DNA of 64,000 nucleotides, from positions 21,631 through 85,630 of the forward strand of contig OMWV01000054.1 of the NCBI GenBank assembly GCA_900314845.1. The letters are read 5' to 3'. How positions within the stretch are numbered: position 1 is the stretch's first letter; each line of letters begins with the position of its first letter. The notes beneath the pieces were generated by a model, which was given only the letters and a program-made list of their open reading frames with translations, had not been told where the DNA came from and ran no database searches. This document shows, in pieces, positions 27,073 through 35,621 of this stretch. The DNA comes from an uncultured Eubacteriales bacterium. GTDB lineage: Bacteria; Bacillota; Clostridia; Lachnospirales; Lachnospiraceae. The translations under genes and the position numbers were made by a program.

Positions 27073-28389
27073 GTGATCCCATACACTATATTTTTCTGCA
27101 GCTTTGATGATGGAGGGGGCTGTCCCGTCCGGGTCAGAGCTCTTGAGATGGCTCCTGATTTTTTTACGTTCCGCCTGAGCAGGGAGAGGAGCCGTCACTT
27201 TACAAAGTTCCCTGCCCGGATGGGTTTTTACTCCTGGAAGGAGAACACCTATCGGATCGTCTTTCTTGGAGTGGATGATTACAGACTGGTGGAAGAGGGC
27301 AGAGAAGAATATGCTCAGATCTTCCGCCTGGAAACGGCGGACGGGCGCTTTCGGAAGGCCGCAAAGGATCTGATGGGTGAATACATGGCCTATATCCGGC
27401 TGAAGCTTGAGGTGGATGAGGCCGGCCTGGCCCGGGCGCTGACCGGATACGATGTGGATGAGGATCATATCCCGGCGGATGCCCGCGCTCAGAAAAGGCG
27501 TTGGGCAGCCTCCTTTCCTCGGGTGGAAGGTCTGGAACATGTCCAGACAGGGCTGCTTCTTCAGGGGCCGGATATGGAGGATGCCTTTTTAAGGCTTCCC
27601 TTTGCACAGTTTATGGACTGGTATCAGGAGGATGCCGCGGCCGGCGCTCTGACTGTGACCCCGGAAAAGATCAGCCATATCCATCTGGGAAATTCATTCT
27701 GCAGCAGGGCCTTTCCGGATGATAAACTGGAGATTCTGCTGGACCGGTGTCTGGAACAAGGAAAAAAGCCGGTGGTGGAATTCTCTCCCATGGATGAGGA
27801 TGATATCCCCCTTTTTCAGGAAAGGCTGGCCCGTATAGAAGGCTGGAGCAGGCAACAGGACAGGGAGAAGACGGAAATCGTTGTCAACGATCTGGGCATG
27901 TTCTATATGCTTAATGAGAAAAATTATCAATTAGAGATAGACACCGGCCCTCTTCTCATGAAAAGACGCAAAGACACAAGAGGCAGATGGAAGAGAGACA
28001 GGGAAGGAGCAAACGGGAGCCGCCGGACATCCATGGATGATCCCCGGATGATCAGGCTCCTGCTCTCTCTCAGTGTTACCGGCATTTCTTATGAAAATAT
28101 GGGAGAGACCCAGGCCTGTGCCGCGGACTTTGACAGGAGACTTTTGTATTTTCCTTATTTTCAAATGAATACCTCGACCTGGTGCCCCCTCTACGCGGCT
28201 GTCTTTGAGGGAGCGCGGGGGCGGCAGAGTAGGGTGGACAGCTGCCCGAAGATATGCAGGTCTGCCTGTTTTCTGTATTCGGATGACCTACATATGACGG
28301 GCAGGTTCAATTCTCTTTTTGGCTGGGCGGGAAATCTGTGCCAGGCAGGGAATTATGACAGGGTCGTTCTTAACTTTTTTTGCGGCTAG
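27073..28389 (+). CDS. Divergent U32-family-like protein with an unrecognised N-terminal domain of about 170 aa
   Basis: A GGGAGGA RBS lies 7 nt before GTG 27073. The C-terminal two-thirds (HLGNSFCSRAF, KPVVEFSPM, IVVNDLGMFYML) resemble a U32 barrel. The terminal Cys cluster is WCPLY...SCPKICRSAC. Confidence 0.45.
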   Translation: MIPYTIFFCSFDDGGGCPVRVRALEMAPDFFTFRLSRERSRHFTKFPARMGFYSWKENTYRIVFLGVDDYRLVEEGREEYAQIFRLETADGRFRKAAKDLMGEYMAYIRLKLEVDEAGLARALTGYDVDEDHIPADARAQKRRWAASFPRVEGLEHVQTGLLLQGPDMEDAFLRLPFAQFMDWYQEDAAAGALTVTPEKISHIHLGNSFCSRAFPDDKLEILLDRCLEQGKKPVVEFSPMDEDDIPLFQERLARIEGWSRQQDREKTEIVVNDLGMFYMLNEKNYQLEIDTGPLLMKRRKDTRGRWKRDREGANGSRRTSMDDPRMIRLLLSLSVTGISYENMGETQACAADFDRRLLYFPYFQMNTSTWCPLYAAVFEGARGRQSRVDSCPKICRSACFLYSDDLHMTGRFNSLFGWAGNLCQAGNYDRVVLNFFCG

Positions 28390-28410
28390 AAAAGCAGGAG
28401 AGAAGCAGAC

Positions 28411-29373
28411 ATGAACCATAAGAGGATGAAGATTACTGCCGGACTTGGGTCTGTGGACGATTATATTCCCTTCTGCCGGGCGGGCGCGGACGAGCTTTTT
28501 GCGGGTGTTGTTCCCTCCTCGTGGATGGAGGGCCCCGGCATGAGCAGGCCGCTTAACCGGCGGGAGGTTCTGTATTATAATGTTCAGCTGGGCTCTGTCA
28601 GCGAGCTGGAGATCCTGGCAGACATGAGAAAGGATTATGGGGTTCCGGTTACGATCACCATGAACTCCCCCTTCTATGACCCGGAGGACTTTCCTCTTGT
28701 GGAGAAAGCCATAGACGAATGTCTGGCCGGCGGTTTTTCTTCTTTCATCATAGCGGATCCGGCCCTTATCTTGTATCTGAAAGGAAAGAATATTTCCATT
28801 CACCTTTCAGGGGAGGCAGGAGAGGCCAATCATTATCTGATAAGCGCTGCCAGAGGAGCAGGCGTAAAAAGGATCATTTTCCAGCGTAAATGCACACCTT
28901 TCCGGATGAAGAAGATGCTGGATCTTGACAGGGCAGAGCATCCGGATGATCCCATAGAGGCGGAGGCTTTTCTCCTCAATGAGAGGTGTCAGTTTACAGG
29001 AGCCTACTGCAATAGCTTTCACTGTGATGAGCTGGCGCCGGCCTGCCGGATCCCTTACAGGCTGTCCGGCAGCGCAAATGTGCAGACAGGAGACGATAGC
29101 GCGGAGAATCAGGCGGATGATCCGGCGGACGAAAAGTATCTGACCGGACGCGGAGGCTGCGGTCTTTGTGCCCTGTGGAAACTGAGGGAGGCCGGGGTCA
29201 GCCATTTGAAGATCGTCTCGCGGGGGAATTATTCGGAAGATACTCTGCGCGATATCCTGGCAGCCCGCCGGGCTCTTGACATCCTGGAAGATGCGGCCGA
29301 TGAAAAAGCGTATGTGGAAAACATGAAAAGGGCGCTTTTCCCTTCCGGCTGCAGCGGCTGCTGTTATTATTGA
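28411..29373 (+). CDS. U32-family protein (peptidase U32 / Fe-S hydroxylase-like), Cys-rich
   Basis: Motifs are ITAGLGSVDDYIPFCRAGADELFAG and FIIADPALILYLK. A degenerate U32 signature reads EAFLLNERCQFTGAYCNS. Additional Cys motifs are GGCGLC and a C-terminal GCSGCCYY. Confidence 0.6.
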   Translation: MNHKRMKITAGLGSVDDYIPFCRAGADELFAGVVPSSWMEGPGMSRPLNRREVLYYNVQLGSVSELEILADMRKDYGVPVTITMNSPFYDPEDFPLVEKAIDECLAGGFSSFIIADPALILYLKGKNISIHLSGEAGEANHYLISAARGAGVKRIIFQRKCTPFRMKKMLDLDRAEHPDDPIEAEAFLLNERCQFTGAYCNSFHCDELAPACRIPYRLSGSANVQTGDDSAENQADDPADEKYLTGRGGCGLCALWKLREAGVSHLKIVSRGNYSEDTLRDILAARRALDILEDAADEKAYVENMKRALFPSGCSGCCYY

Positions 29374-29477
29374 ATGATAATTTTTTTTCAATAAGTTCGA
29401 CGCATAGAAGGCTGCAGGGAAAATGTGGTAAAATCAAGTATCTGAATAGGCGATCATTAACATACAGGGGGTGGAAA

Positions 29478-29588
29478 ATGTTGAAGGATCATCGTTTTTG
29501 GGCAGGTCTCGCCCTTTTTTCAATGATCATGTGTATCATCACAGGCCATGAGATGATATCAGGGAAAAAGCATAGCAGCGAAGACTAA
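29478..29588 (+). CDS. Possible 36-aa single-TM peptide
   Basis: The peptide is MLKDHRFWAGLALFSMIMCIITGHEMISGKKHSSED, with a GGGGGTGGAAA RBS. There is no family support. Confidence 0.25.
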   Translation: MLKDHRFWAGLALFSMIMCIITGHEMISGKKHSSED

Positions 29589-29760
29589 GCATGAGCTTTG
29601 ATAGCTAAGAAGGGAATCTGCGGAAGGCGGATGCCCTTCTTGTCAGCAGGAAATCTGTCTTTTTACACAGATTTTGTCTGAAGGAGATAGAGAAGTTTAA
29701 TCCGTATCCCTATAATGAAATCGAAAAAGAAAAGATCATCATCATACGGGAGGTAAAAGC

Positions 29761-30078
29761 ATGGGCACAAAAGTCGCTATGTTTTTCATTGGAGTTTTAT
29801 GCGTATCGGCACCGGTTCTTTCTCTTGGTCTTCTGATCATGAGCCTTCAAAATCTTCGCTCCCGTCTGCTTGAGAGGACGGCTATCTGCCGTCCCGGCTC
29901 TGACCAGCCCGGAACTGATGATCTGTATGGCCTGAAAGCAGATTCTCATCAGGCTGAGCTCATAGCGAGAAGAGATTATAAAAACGGCGCCATGGCGGGT
30001 ATCATTATAGGACTTCTTGTCCTGGCCATACTTGTCCCGGTCGGCCTGGGATGTCTGCAGACGGCTTTCCTTCTGTGA
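29761..30078 (+). CDS. Hypothetical two-TM membrane protein
   Basis: A GGGAGG RBS precedes the start. Hydrophobic segments sit at both ends and the loop is polar. No recognisable family. Confidence 0.4.
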   Translation: MGTKVAMFFIGVLCVSAPVLSLGLLIMSLQNLRSRLLERTAICRPGSDQPGTDDLYGLKADSHQAELIARRDYKNGAMAGIIIGLLVLAILVPVGLGCLQTAFLL

Positions 30079-30205
30079 GAAAGACCGGCGGCAGTTTGAT
30101 AGAAAAGCCAACAAAAGCCAAAGCTTTTGCCATATAATCTGATAGGGTCCGGAGGTGTTCGGGCGCAGGGATGCGCCCCGCATCCCCGGGCCTCATGCTA
30201 TCTGC

Positions 30206-31054
30206 TTATCTGCTGTCTCCTGCCGCTTTGCTCAGCATGCGGTCCGCATCCGCAAAACGAATACTGCACTTTCCTTCGGAAATGCCTACAGGAACCGGAT
30301 CTTCGAATGTATAGACTTTCGACTTATCATTGTCATCCTTGTCAAAGATCCAGACGGTAACGGTGCGCTCCTCGGGATCTATGATCCAGTATTCCTTTAC
30401 TCCTGCGTTCTTATATTTATAGAGCTTGAGAAAGCGGTCTTTGGACTTTGTAGATTTTGACAGCACTTCGGCGGTAAATGAGGGCGCACCGAAAACACGG
30501 GCTCCCATCTTGTTCTGCTCGGGATCGCAGCATATGAGTACATCCGGCTGGAGCATGGTCTAGTTATCCTTATCCAGCTGCACGTCTAAAGGGGAGATAT
30601 AGGGCATGCAGGGAGTTTCATGCTGCTGTACGCACTCCATCAGTTTATAGAAGAGAAAACCGGTCAGAAATTGATGGATCTGGATGGGAGAGTACATCTC
30701 GAAAAGGACTCCGTCTATCAGTTCAAAGCGTTTATCATCCGGCAGAGCCAGATAATCTTCAACGGTATATTCCCCCTGCATCTTATTCCCGTAGGGGTTG
30801 TCGACCTGCCTGTGATCGGTTCCGTCCTGATCTGTGCCGGTATCGGCCTGGAGGGCAGCTGATCCAGATGAACCGCTGTCCATCAGGACAGAGAGGGCCT
30901 GGCTCAGCTTCTGTATGGTCTCATATCTGGGATTCTTTGTCTTGCCGCTCAGTACCTTCTGGACTGTCCCAAAAGGCACACCGGAGAGCTGAGCCAGTTT
31001 CCGGACGGAATATCCCATCTCATTCTTTATTCGGTTCATCTCATCGATCGTCAT
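30206..31054 (-). pseudogene. HTH-Uma2 fusion paralog interrupted by a single in-frame TAG
   Basis: It is collinear with 16742..17566 along its whole length. The reading ...DVQLDKDN-TAG-TMLQPDVLICCD has the stop at 30560-30562 where the paralog has Arg. Both halves are in the same frame. Confidence 0.8.
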
Positions 31055-31166
31055 ATTCTATATCTCCTTTCCATAAGGCACAGCAGTATGTATCTAAAAT
31101 GACTCAATCACAAAACCGAGTACGACACAAATAAATGACATGTTTCACGTGTGTCATTTTTTCCAG

Positions 31167-31448
31167 TCAGCGGATAAGGCGTACGTGGAGGCAGGGATTC
31201 TCGTCCACTGCGTCTGCCAGCATGCAAAGAGCCCGGTAGGAGAAGTCCTCCCCGCATATTTCCATGAGAGATTGTCTGGAGATGACAAATGTTGTTTCTT
31301 CAAGGACTTCGCTTAAAAGATCGGCAAGAGAGTCCAGATTATCTGCCTCTTCCAGCGGGAAACCGAAGGCCTCGGACATAAAGCCGGCCAGGCTGGCGCG
31401 GTCTGCCAGCGTGTCGGATCTAAGATAAAATATTCTGTTATCTTCCAT
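31167..31448 (-). CDS. Barstar-family ribonuclease inhibitor
   Basis: It is a 93-aa acidic protein (LDSLADLLSEVLEE...) that starts 3 nt after the barnase-like stop, which is the typical barstar size and position. Confidence 0.75.
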   Translation of the reverse strand: MEDNRIFYLRSDTLADRASLAGFMSEAFGFPLEEADNLDSLADLLSEVLEETTFVISRQSLMEICGEDFSYRALCMLADAVDENPCLHVRLIR

Positions 31449-31451
31449 TAT

Positions 31452-31988
31452 TTATTCACCGTCCCCATATATCAGGTCAAATGACTCGTAGTGGTCGCCG
31501 GTATACCAGATGTCAAGATCGTCCTCCTCGACAGAGTATATGATCCGCTTAGAGCCGCGCTTTTCGCTTTTCAGGGTATCGATATCGCACTCCTGATAAT
31601 CCTTATAAGAAGGCAGGTTTTCTTCGTAGTTGCCGAACCGGTCTCCGCCGATGCACATTCCGGGGATGACCAGGTGAAGGGCTCCGCCCTCCCAGCCTTC
31701 CTTGCGGGCTTCCTTCTTTGTCATGAAATTGTCGGGCAGCTGCCGGTAGGCTTCCAGGTAAAGGGCTACCCCCTCCTTGTCATCTCCGGTCCAGTCTTCG
31801 GATATCTCCCCGCTCTTATCCGCTTTCTTTTCCTCAGCAGATGAAGCCAAGGCCTGTGATGCCTGCTCCCTGCCGACGCTTTCAGCCTGGGAGGAGGCCC
31901 CGGATCCTGTGTAAGAAGCAGCAGTTCCGCAGCCGCCCAGCAGAAGGAGGGCAGCAGCCAACGCTGTCAGTGTTTTTCTTATCCTCAT
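31452..31988 (-). CDS. Barnase-type secreted guanyl-specific ribonuclease, lipoprotein-anchored
   Basis: The lipobox is LLLLGGC. The catalytic domain aligns by eye with B. amyloliquefaciens barnase: YLEAYRQLPDNFMTKKEARKEGW, IGGDRFGNYEENLP, ECDI, RIIYS and YTGDHYESF. Confidence 0.88.
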   Translation of the reverse strand: MRIRKTLTALAAALLLLGGCGTAASYTGSGASSQAESVGREQASQALASSAEEKKADKSGEISEDWTGDDKEGVALYLEAYRQLPDNFMTKKEARKEGWEGGALHLVIPGMCIGGDRFGNYEENLPSYKDYQECDIDTLKSEKRGSKRIIYSVEEDDLDIWYTGDHYESFDLIYGDGE

Positions 31989-32289
31989 ATGATATCTCTC
32001 CTCTCGGTAAATCCTTTTATCTGCCTCTCATCTTAGCAGGTTTGGGCGGGAAATGGAATGCCTCAGCCGCCCCGGGGCATAAAAAACAGAGCGATCACTG
32101 CGATGACCGCTCCTCGATTTATGCGGATCTGGACTTTTTGGAAATAGGAGAATCATATGTTTTTTCAGTCAATCCGCTTTTTCAGGTATAAGCTTTTGAA
32201 TGTGCTTTCAGTATAAAGGACCAATGTTAAATTTTCTGCTCAGTATTTTTAAATCTTTCTAAAATAATCAGCTAAAAGGCTGGAAGGAC

Positions 32290-32333
32290 TTGACAATATA
32301 GTCTAACTGTATTAGTATTATTAATACAGTTAG
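32290..32333 (+). promoter_or_regulatory. Sigma-A-like promoter overlapped by a 12-bp perfect inverted repeat (candidate GntR/YtrA operator)
   Basis: TTGACA (32290-95) is followed by a 17-nt spacer and TAGTAT (32313-18). The inverted repeat CTAACTGTATTA (32303-14) / TAATACAGTTAG (32322-33) has a 7-nt centre. Confidence 0.55.
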
Positions 32334-32379
32334 GACACGGTTAGAAGGCAGCAGTTTTTATCAGATCAGGAGGGCTTAT

Positions 32380-32769
32380 ATGGGAATGATCGACTATCAT
32401 GACAGCCGGCCGATCTACGAACAGATTGCTGAATGGTACAAGGGCATGATACTCAAGGGAGTCCTTTCAGCAGATGAAAAGCTTCCCTCGGTCAGGAAGC
32501 TCGCGATGGATCTTTCCACGAATCCCAACACGGTACAGAAGGCCTACGGTGAACTCGAGCGTCAGGGCTTTATCTACACAGTGAAGGGAAGAGGAAATTT
32601 CGTGCGGGAGAATGACAGCCTGAGAGAAGAGAAACTGGAGGAACTGAAAGCAGAGATGATCGACTTGCTCAGCCAGGCCAGGGATCTGGGAGTAGACCTG
32701 ACGGAATTTGTCAGGCAGGCAGTTTTGCAGACAGAAGAGAAAGAGGTGAATCAGGATGATCAGGTGTGA
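32380..32769 (+). CDS. GntR-family regulator, YtrA subfamily (short C-terminal helices)
   Basis: The HTH is PIYEQIAEWYKGMILKGVLSADEKLPSVRKLAMDLSTNPNTVQKAYGELERQGFIYTVKGRGNFV. The 129-aa size fits the subfamily. Confidence 0.9.
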   Translation: MGMIDYHDSRPIYEQIAEWYKGMILKGVLSADEKLPSVRKLAMDLSTNPNTVQKAYGELERQGFIYTVKGRGNFVRENDSLREEKLEELKAEMIDLLSQARDLGVDLTEFVRQAVLQTEEKEVNQDDQV

Positions 32770-33661
32770 AAATCTTACAAAGAAATTTGGGAAGATAAGC
32801 GCTGTGAACAATATCACGTTTCAGATAGACAGGGAGCAGGTCTTCGGCCTGATCGGCACGAACGGAGCAGGGAAGAGCACTCTGCTGCGCATGATCACAG
32901 GCGTTCTCAAACCGGATGAGGGCAGTATCCTTGTCGAGGACAAGCCGGTCTGGGAGAATCCAGAGGCAAAAGAACATTTCTGTTTTATCTCGGATGACCC
33001 CTGGTATTTTCCAAACGCGACACCGGAGGATATGGGCAGATATTTTGAGACGGTATACAGATTTTTCGACAGCCGGAGATTCTATAAGCTTCTGAGCGAC
33101 TTTGAACTCGACAGGAAAAAAAGAATCTCTCAGTTTTCCAAGGGTATGAAGAGGCAGCTGGCCATCCTGCTGGGTCTTTGCGCCGGGACGGATTACCTGC
33201 TCCTGGATGAGACATTCGACGGGCTGGACCCTGTCGTGAGACAGGGCATAAAGAGTCTTTTTGCCGGGGACATGTCGGAGAGAGGACTGACGCCGGTCAT
33301 CTCCTCCCACAACATGAGAGAGCTGGAAGACATCTGCGATCATGTGGGGTTTCTCCATAAGGGCGGCCTGATCTTCTCGGAAGATCTTGTTGAGATGAAA
33401 CTGGGGATCCAGAAGATCCAGTGTGTATTTCAGAAGGAAGAGGACGCCGCACTCATTGAAGACCTTATGAAGGTCATGAACCATGACGTGAGAGGCAAAC
33501 TGCACACCTATGTCGTGCGCGGGGAGGCCCAGGATGTAAAGGAGCAGTTCGGGAAGTTTTCATTGGTATTTTTTGAAATGCTCCCGCTGACACTTGAGGA
33601 AATATTTATTGCGGAATCGGAGGCAATTGGTTATGACACAAGAAAAATCATCGTCAGCTAA
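32756..33661 (+). CDS. ABC transporter ATP-binding protein
   Basis: It has the Walker A GTNGAGKST, the signature FSKGMKRQ and the Walker B LLLDETFDGLD. It overlaps the gntR end. Confidence 0.9.
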   Translation: MIRCENLTKKFGKISAVNNITFQIDREQVFGLIGTNGAGKSTLLRMITGVLKPDEGSILVEDKPVWENPEAKEHFCFISDDPWYFPNATPEDMGRYFETVYRFFDSRRFYKLLSDFELDRKKRISQFSKGMKRQLAILLGLCAGTDYLLLDETFDGLDPVVRQGIKSLFAGDMSERGLTPVISSHNMRELEDICDHVGFLHKGGLIFSEDLVEMKLGIQKIQCVFQKEEDAALIEDLMKVMNHDVRGKLHTYVVRGEAQDVKEQFGKFSLVFFEMLPLTLEEIFIAESEAIGYDTRKIIVS

Positions 33662-35450
33662 TTTGAATGTTTCTTCCGTAGAAATGAGGAAGATCCCGTC
33701 AGGCAGCCGCCTCACTCAAAGGGAGCTTTTCCGTCTCAGGAAGTGGCCGGCAGCCAGCCTGGGACTTTATATGGTCATCATGGCTATCGCGGCGCCTTTC
33801 ATGTTCTATATCAGAGGATCTCTTGACGGCTATTTTACGGCAAACAATGTATTTCCTATGGGCAGCGTCCTGTTTGGAATCCTCTTTGCCCTGGAGGGGT
33901 ACGGATATCTTCAGGACAGGCGGAGGGTTGATTTTTATTGCAGTCAGCCCGTGACCAGGCGCCAGATGATGGTGGGGATATTTGTAAACAGCATGCTGAC
34001 ATTTGTTATCCTCTTCACCCTTACCTATTACCTGGGCGCCGGACTTAATACGGCTCTTGGCAGAATGAGCGGATCAAACCTTGCAGCGACGGGCCCCTTT
34101 GTCCTGAATATGCTGACTCTGTATTATGCTTCCTTTTCTCTGACGGCCCTGGCTGTGCTTATCACGGGAAAGACATTAGTCAGCGTGCTTGCGGCATTCT
34201 TCTTCTTTGTCTATGAGATCGTTTTCAGAAATGTGATAGGCGGGTATATAGAAGTGACCTGCGAGTCATATACCGGGAGTACGCTCACGGGGATACAGAG
34301 AATATTTACCAGCCCTCTGGGATGGTCGGATGGGAGGCCTGTGTCCACTATGGTCTGCCTGATCATGGGAACGGTCTATCTCCTGCTGACCATGATCGCG
34401 GCTGTCCACAGGAAAAATGAGTCTGCAGGGAATTCCCTGGCCTTTCCCTGGGTCGGACACGTTGTCAAGATCGCCGTCGCTGTTCTGACTGCCCTGACCG
34501 CCGGCCTCACGGTTCTGCAGAACAACGGCAGGATCCTTCAGCCGACAGCTTCCTTTATGGCTGTTTTCTTCGCTCTTGCCGCCTGCTTTGTCATGGAAAG
34601 TATATTTGCCCAGGATATCCGGGCCTTTGGCAGGCATATATTGGAAGACCTTGTGGCAGCACTTGCCTGTGTAGCCCTGATAGCCGGTATAATCACGCAG
34701 TGTCTGAGCTATGACAGATGGCTGCCGGACAAGGATCAGATAGAGAGTGCTGCAGTCTACCCCGAGGACAGCTTTAACTATTCCATCATAGATTATGGGG
34801 AACCGTCTGATAATGACTTTTTCTCTCAGCAGGTGCTGAAGATGAAAGTGAAAGATACAGGCAGTGTGCTGGGACTGGCAGAGAACGGCATTTCCAATCA
34901 GAGAGACCAGGACAGCGAGAAGATGATGTATGTCTACAGGATAAGATTTACCCTTAAGGACGATAAGATTGCACAGAGAAAGTATTATATTACCCTTGAT
35001 GCTCTGGATAAGTATATGGAACCGATCAGCAAGACGCAGGAGTTTAAGGCGGGTATGTTCGGAGATACGAATGACGCTCTTGTCAGGGGGGAGCTGGACA
35101 GGCTTTCCGTCGCTTTCACATCCATATATGACAGCTCCATATATGACAGCGCCCCCGACGGCAGTGCAGCCAGCAGGGGGAAGGCAGCAGCAGGTCTTTA
35201 TGACGGCCTGAAAGCAGCTGTCGCCAAGGATACGGCCGGGTGGGATTACTCCTACGCTTCCTCCCACCCGGCAGTCGGATTGATTTATATATATGATCCC
35301 GATGGGGACGCCTATGAGAAGATTCCTGTTTATATGTCCTTTACAAACACGATCGACTTTCTCAGGCAGCATAAGATGGTTGACTTTCATTTAGAAGAAG
35401 ATAAGTCGTGCGAGGACGGATACTTTTATAAATTAACACAGGACAACTGA
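33633..35450 (+). CDS. Atypical ABC-2-like permease with a C-terminal extracytoplasmic domain of about 230 aa
   Basis: A GGAGG RBS precedes ATG 33633. Multiple TM segments run to about residue 370, followed by a soluble tail. It overlaps the ATPase stop. No recognisable family. Confidence 0.55.
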   Translation: MTQEKSSSANLNVSSVEMRKIPSGSRLTQRELFRLRKWPAASLGLYMVIMAIAAPFMFYIRGSLDGYFTANNVFPMGSVLFGILFALEGYGYLQDRRRVDFYCSQPVTRRQMMVGIFVNSMLTFVILFTLTYYLGAGLNTALGRMSGSNLAATGPFVLNMLTLYYASFSLTALAVLITGKTLVSVLAAFFFFVYEIVFRNVIGGYIEVTCESYTGSTLTGIQRIFTSPLGWSDGRPVSTMVCLIMGTVYLLLTMIAAVHRKNESAGNSLAFPWVGHVVKIAVAVLTALTAGLTVLQNNGRILQPTASFMAVFFALAACFVMESIFAQDIRAFGRHILEDLVAALACVALIAGIITQCLSYDRWLPDKDQIESAAVYPEDSFNYSIIDYGEPSDNDFFSQQVLKMKVKDTGSVLGLAENGISNQRDQDSEKMMYVYRIRFTLKDDKIAQRKYYITLDALDKYMEPISKTQEFKAGMFGDTNDALVRGELDRLSVAFTSIYDSSIYDSAPDGSAASRGKAAAGLYDGLKAAVAKDTAGWDYSYASSHPAVGLIYIYDPDGDAYEKIPVYMSFTNTIDFLRQHKMVDFHLEEDKSCEDGYFYKLTQDN

Positions 35451-35469
35451 TCAGGAACCACCTTCTGTT

Positions 35470-35503
35470 GGGGCTGCTGCATAGAAGAAAATGCAGCGGC
35501 CCC
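35470..35503 (+). terminator. Hairpin terminator after the permease
   Basis: The stem ggggctgctgcat-agaagaaa-atgcagcggcccc has one mismatch, and the U tract is weak. Confidence 0.5.
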
Positions 35504-35621
35504 TCGTCTTTGCTTCATCTGCCGGATATTAAGAGGGTTGTGCCTTCTTATTTATGCTATAATGATAATAAATTATATTAATTCATCCGGGATTAGTTTA
35601 TTCCGGGTAAAGGAGGCAACT

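Noticed and set aside
26921-27082. The longer N-terminus of the HD-domain ORF (track start at 27082).
   Set aside because: The extension is Phe/Leu/Tyr-rich, overlaps the divergent U32 gene start and its RBS, and precedes clustered internal ATGs that give a normal HD protein.
30164-30183. The GC-rich hairpin GGGATGCG-ccc-CGCATCCC downstream of the Uma2 pseudogene and the 2-TM ORF.
   Set aside because: There is no U tract on either strand, so its function cannot be inferred. I noted it only.
16742-31054. The inverted HTH-Uma2 copies as ends of a composite mobile element or invertible segment.
   Set aside because: The copies are only about 75 percent identical at the DNA level in the stretch I compared. 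I see no terminal repeats, integrase, transposase or recombinase, and the intervening genes have host-like composition.
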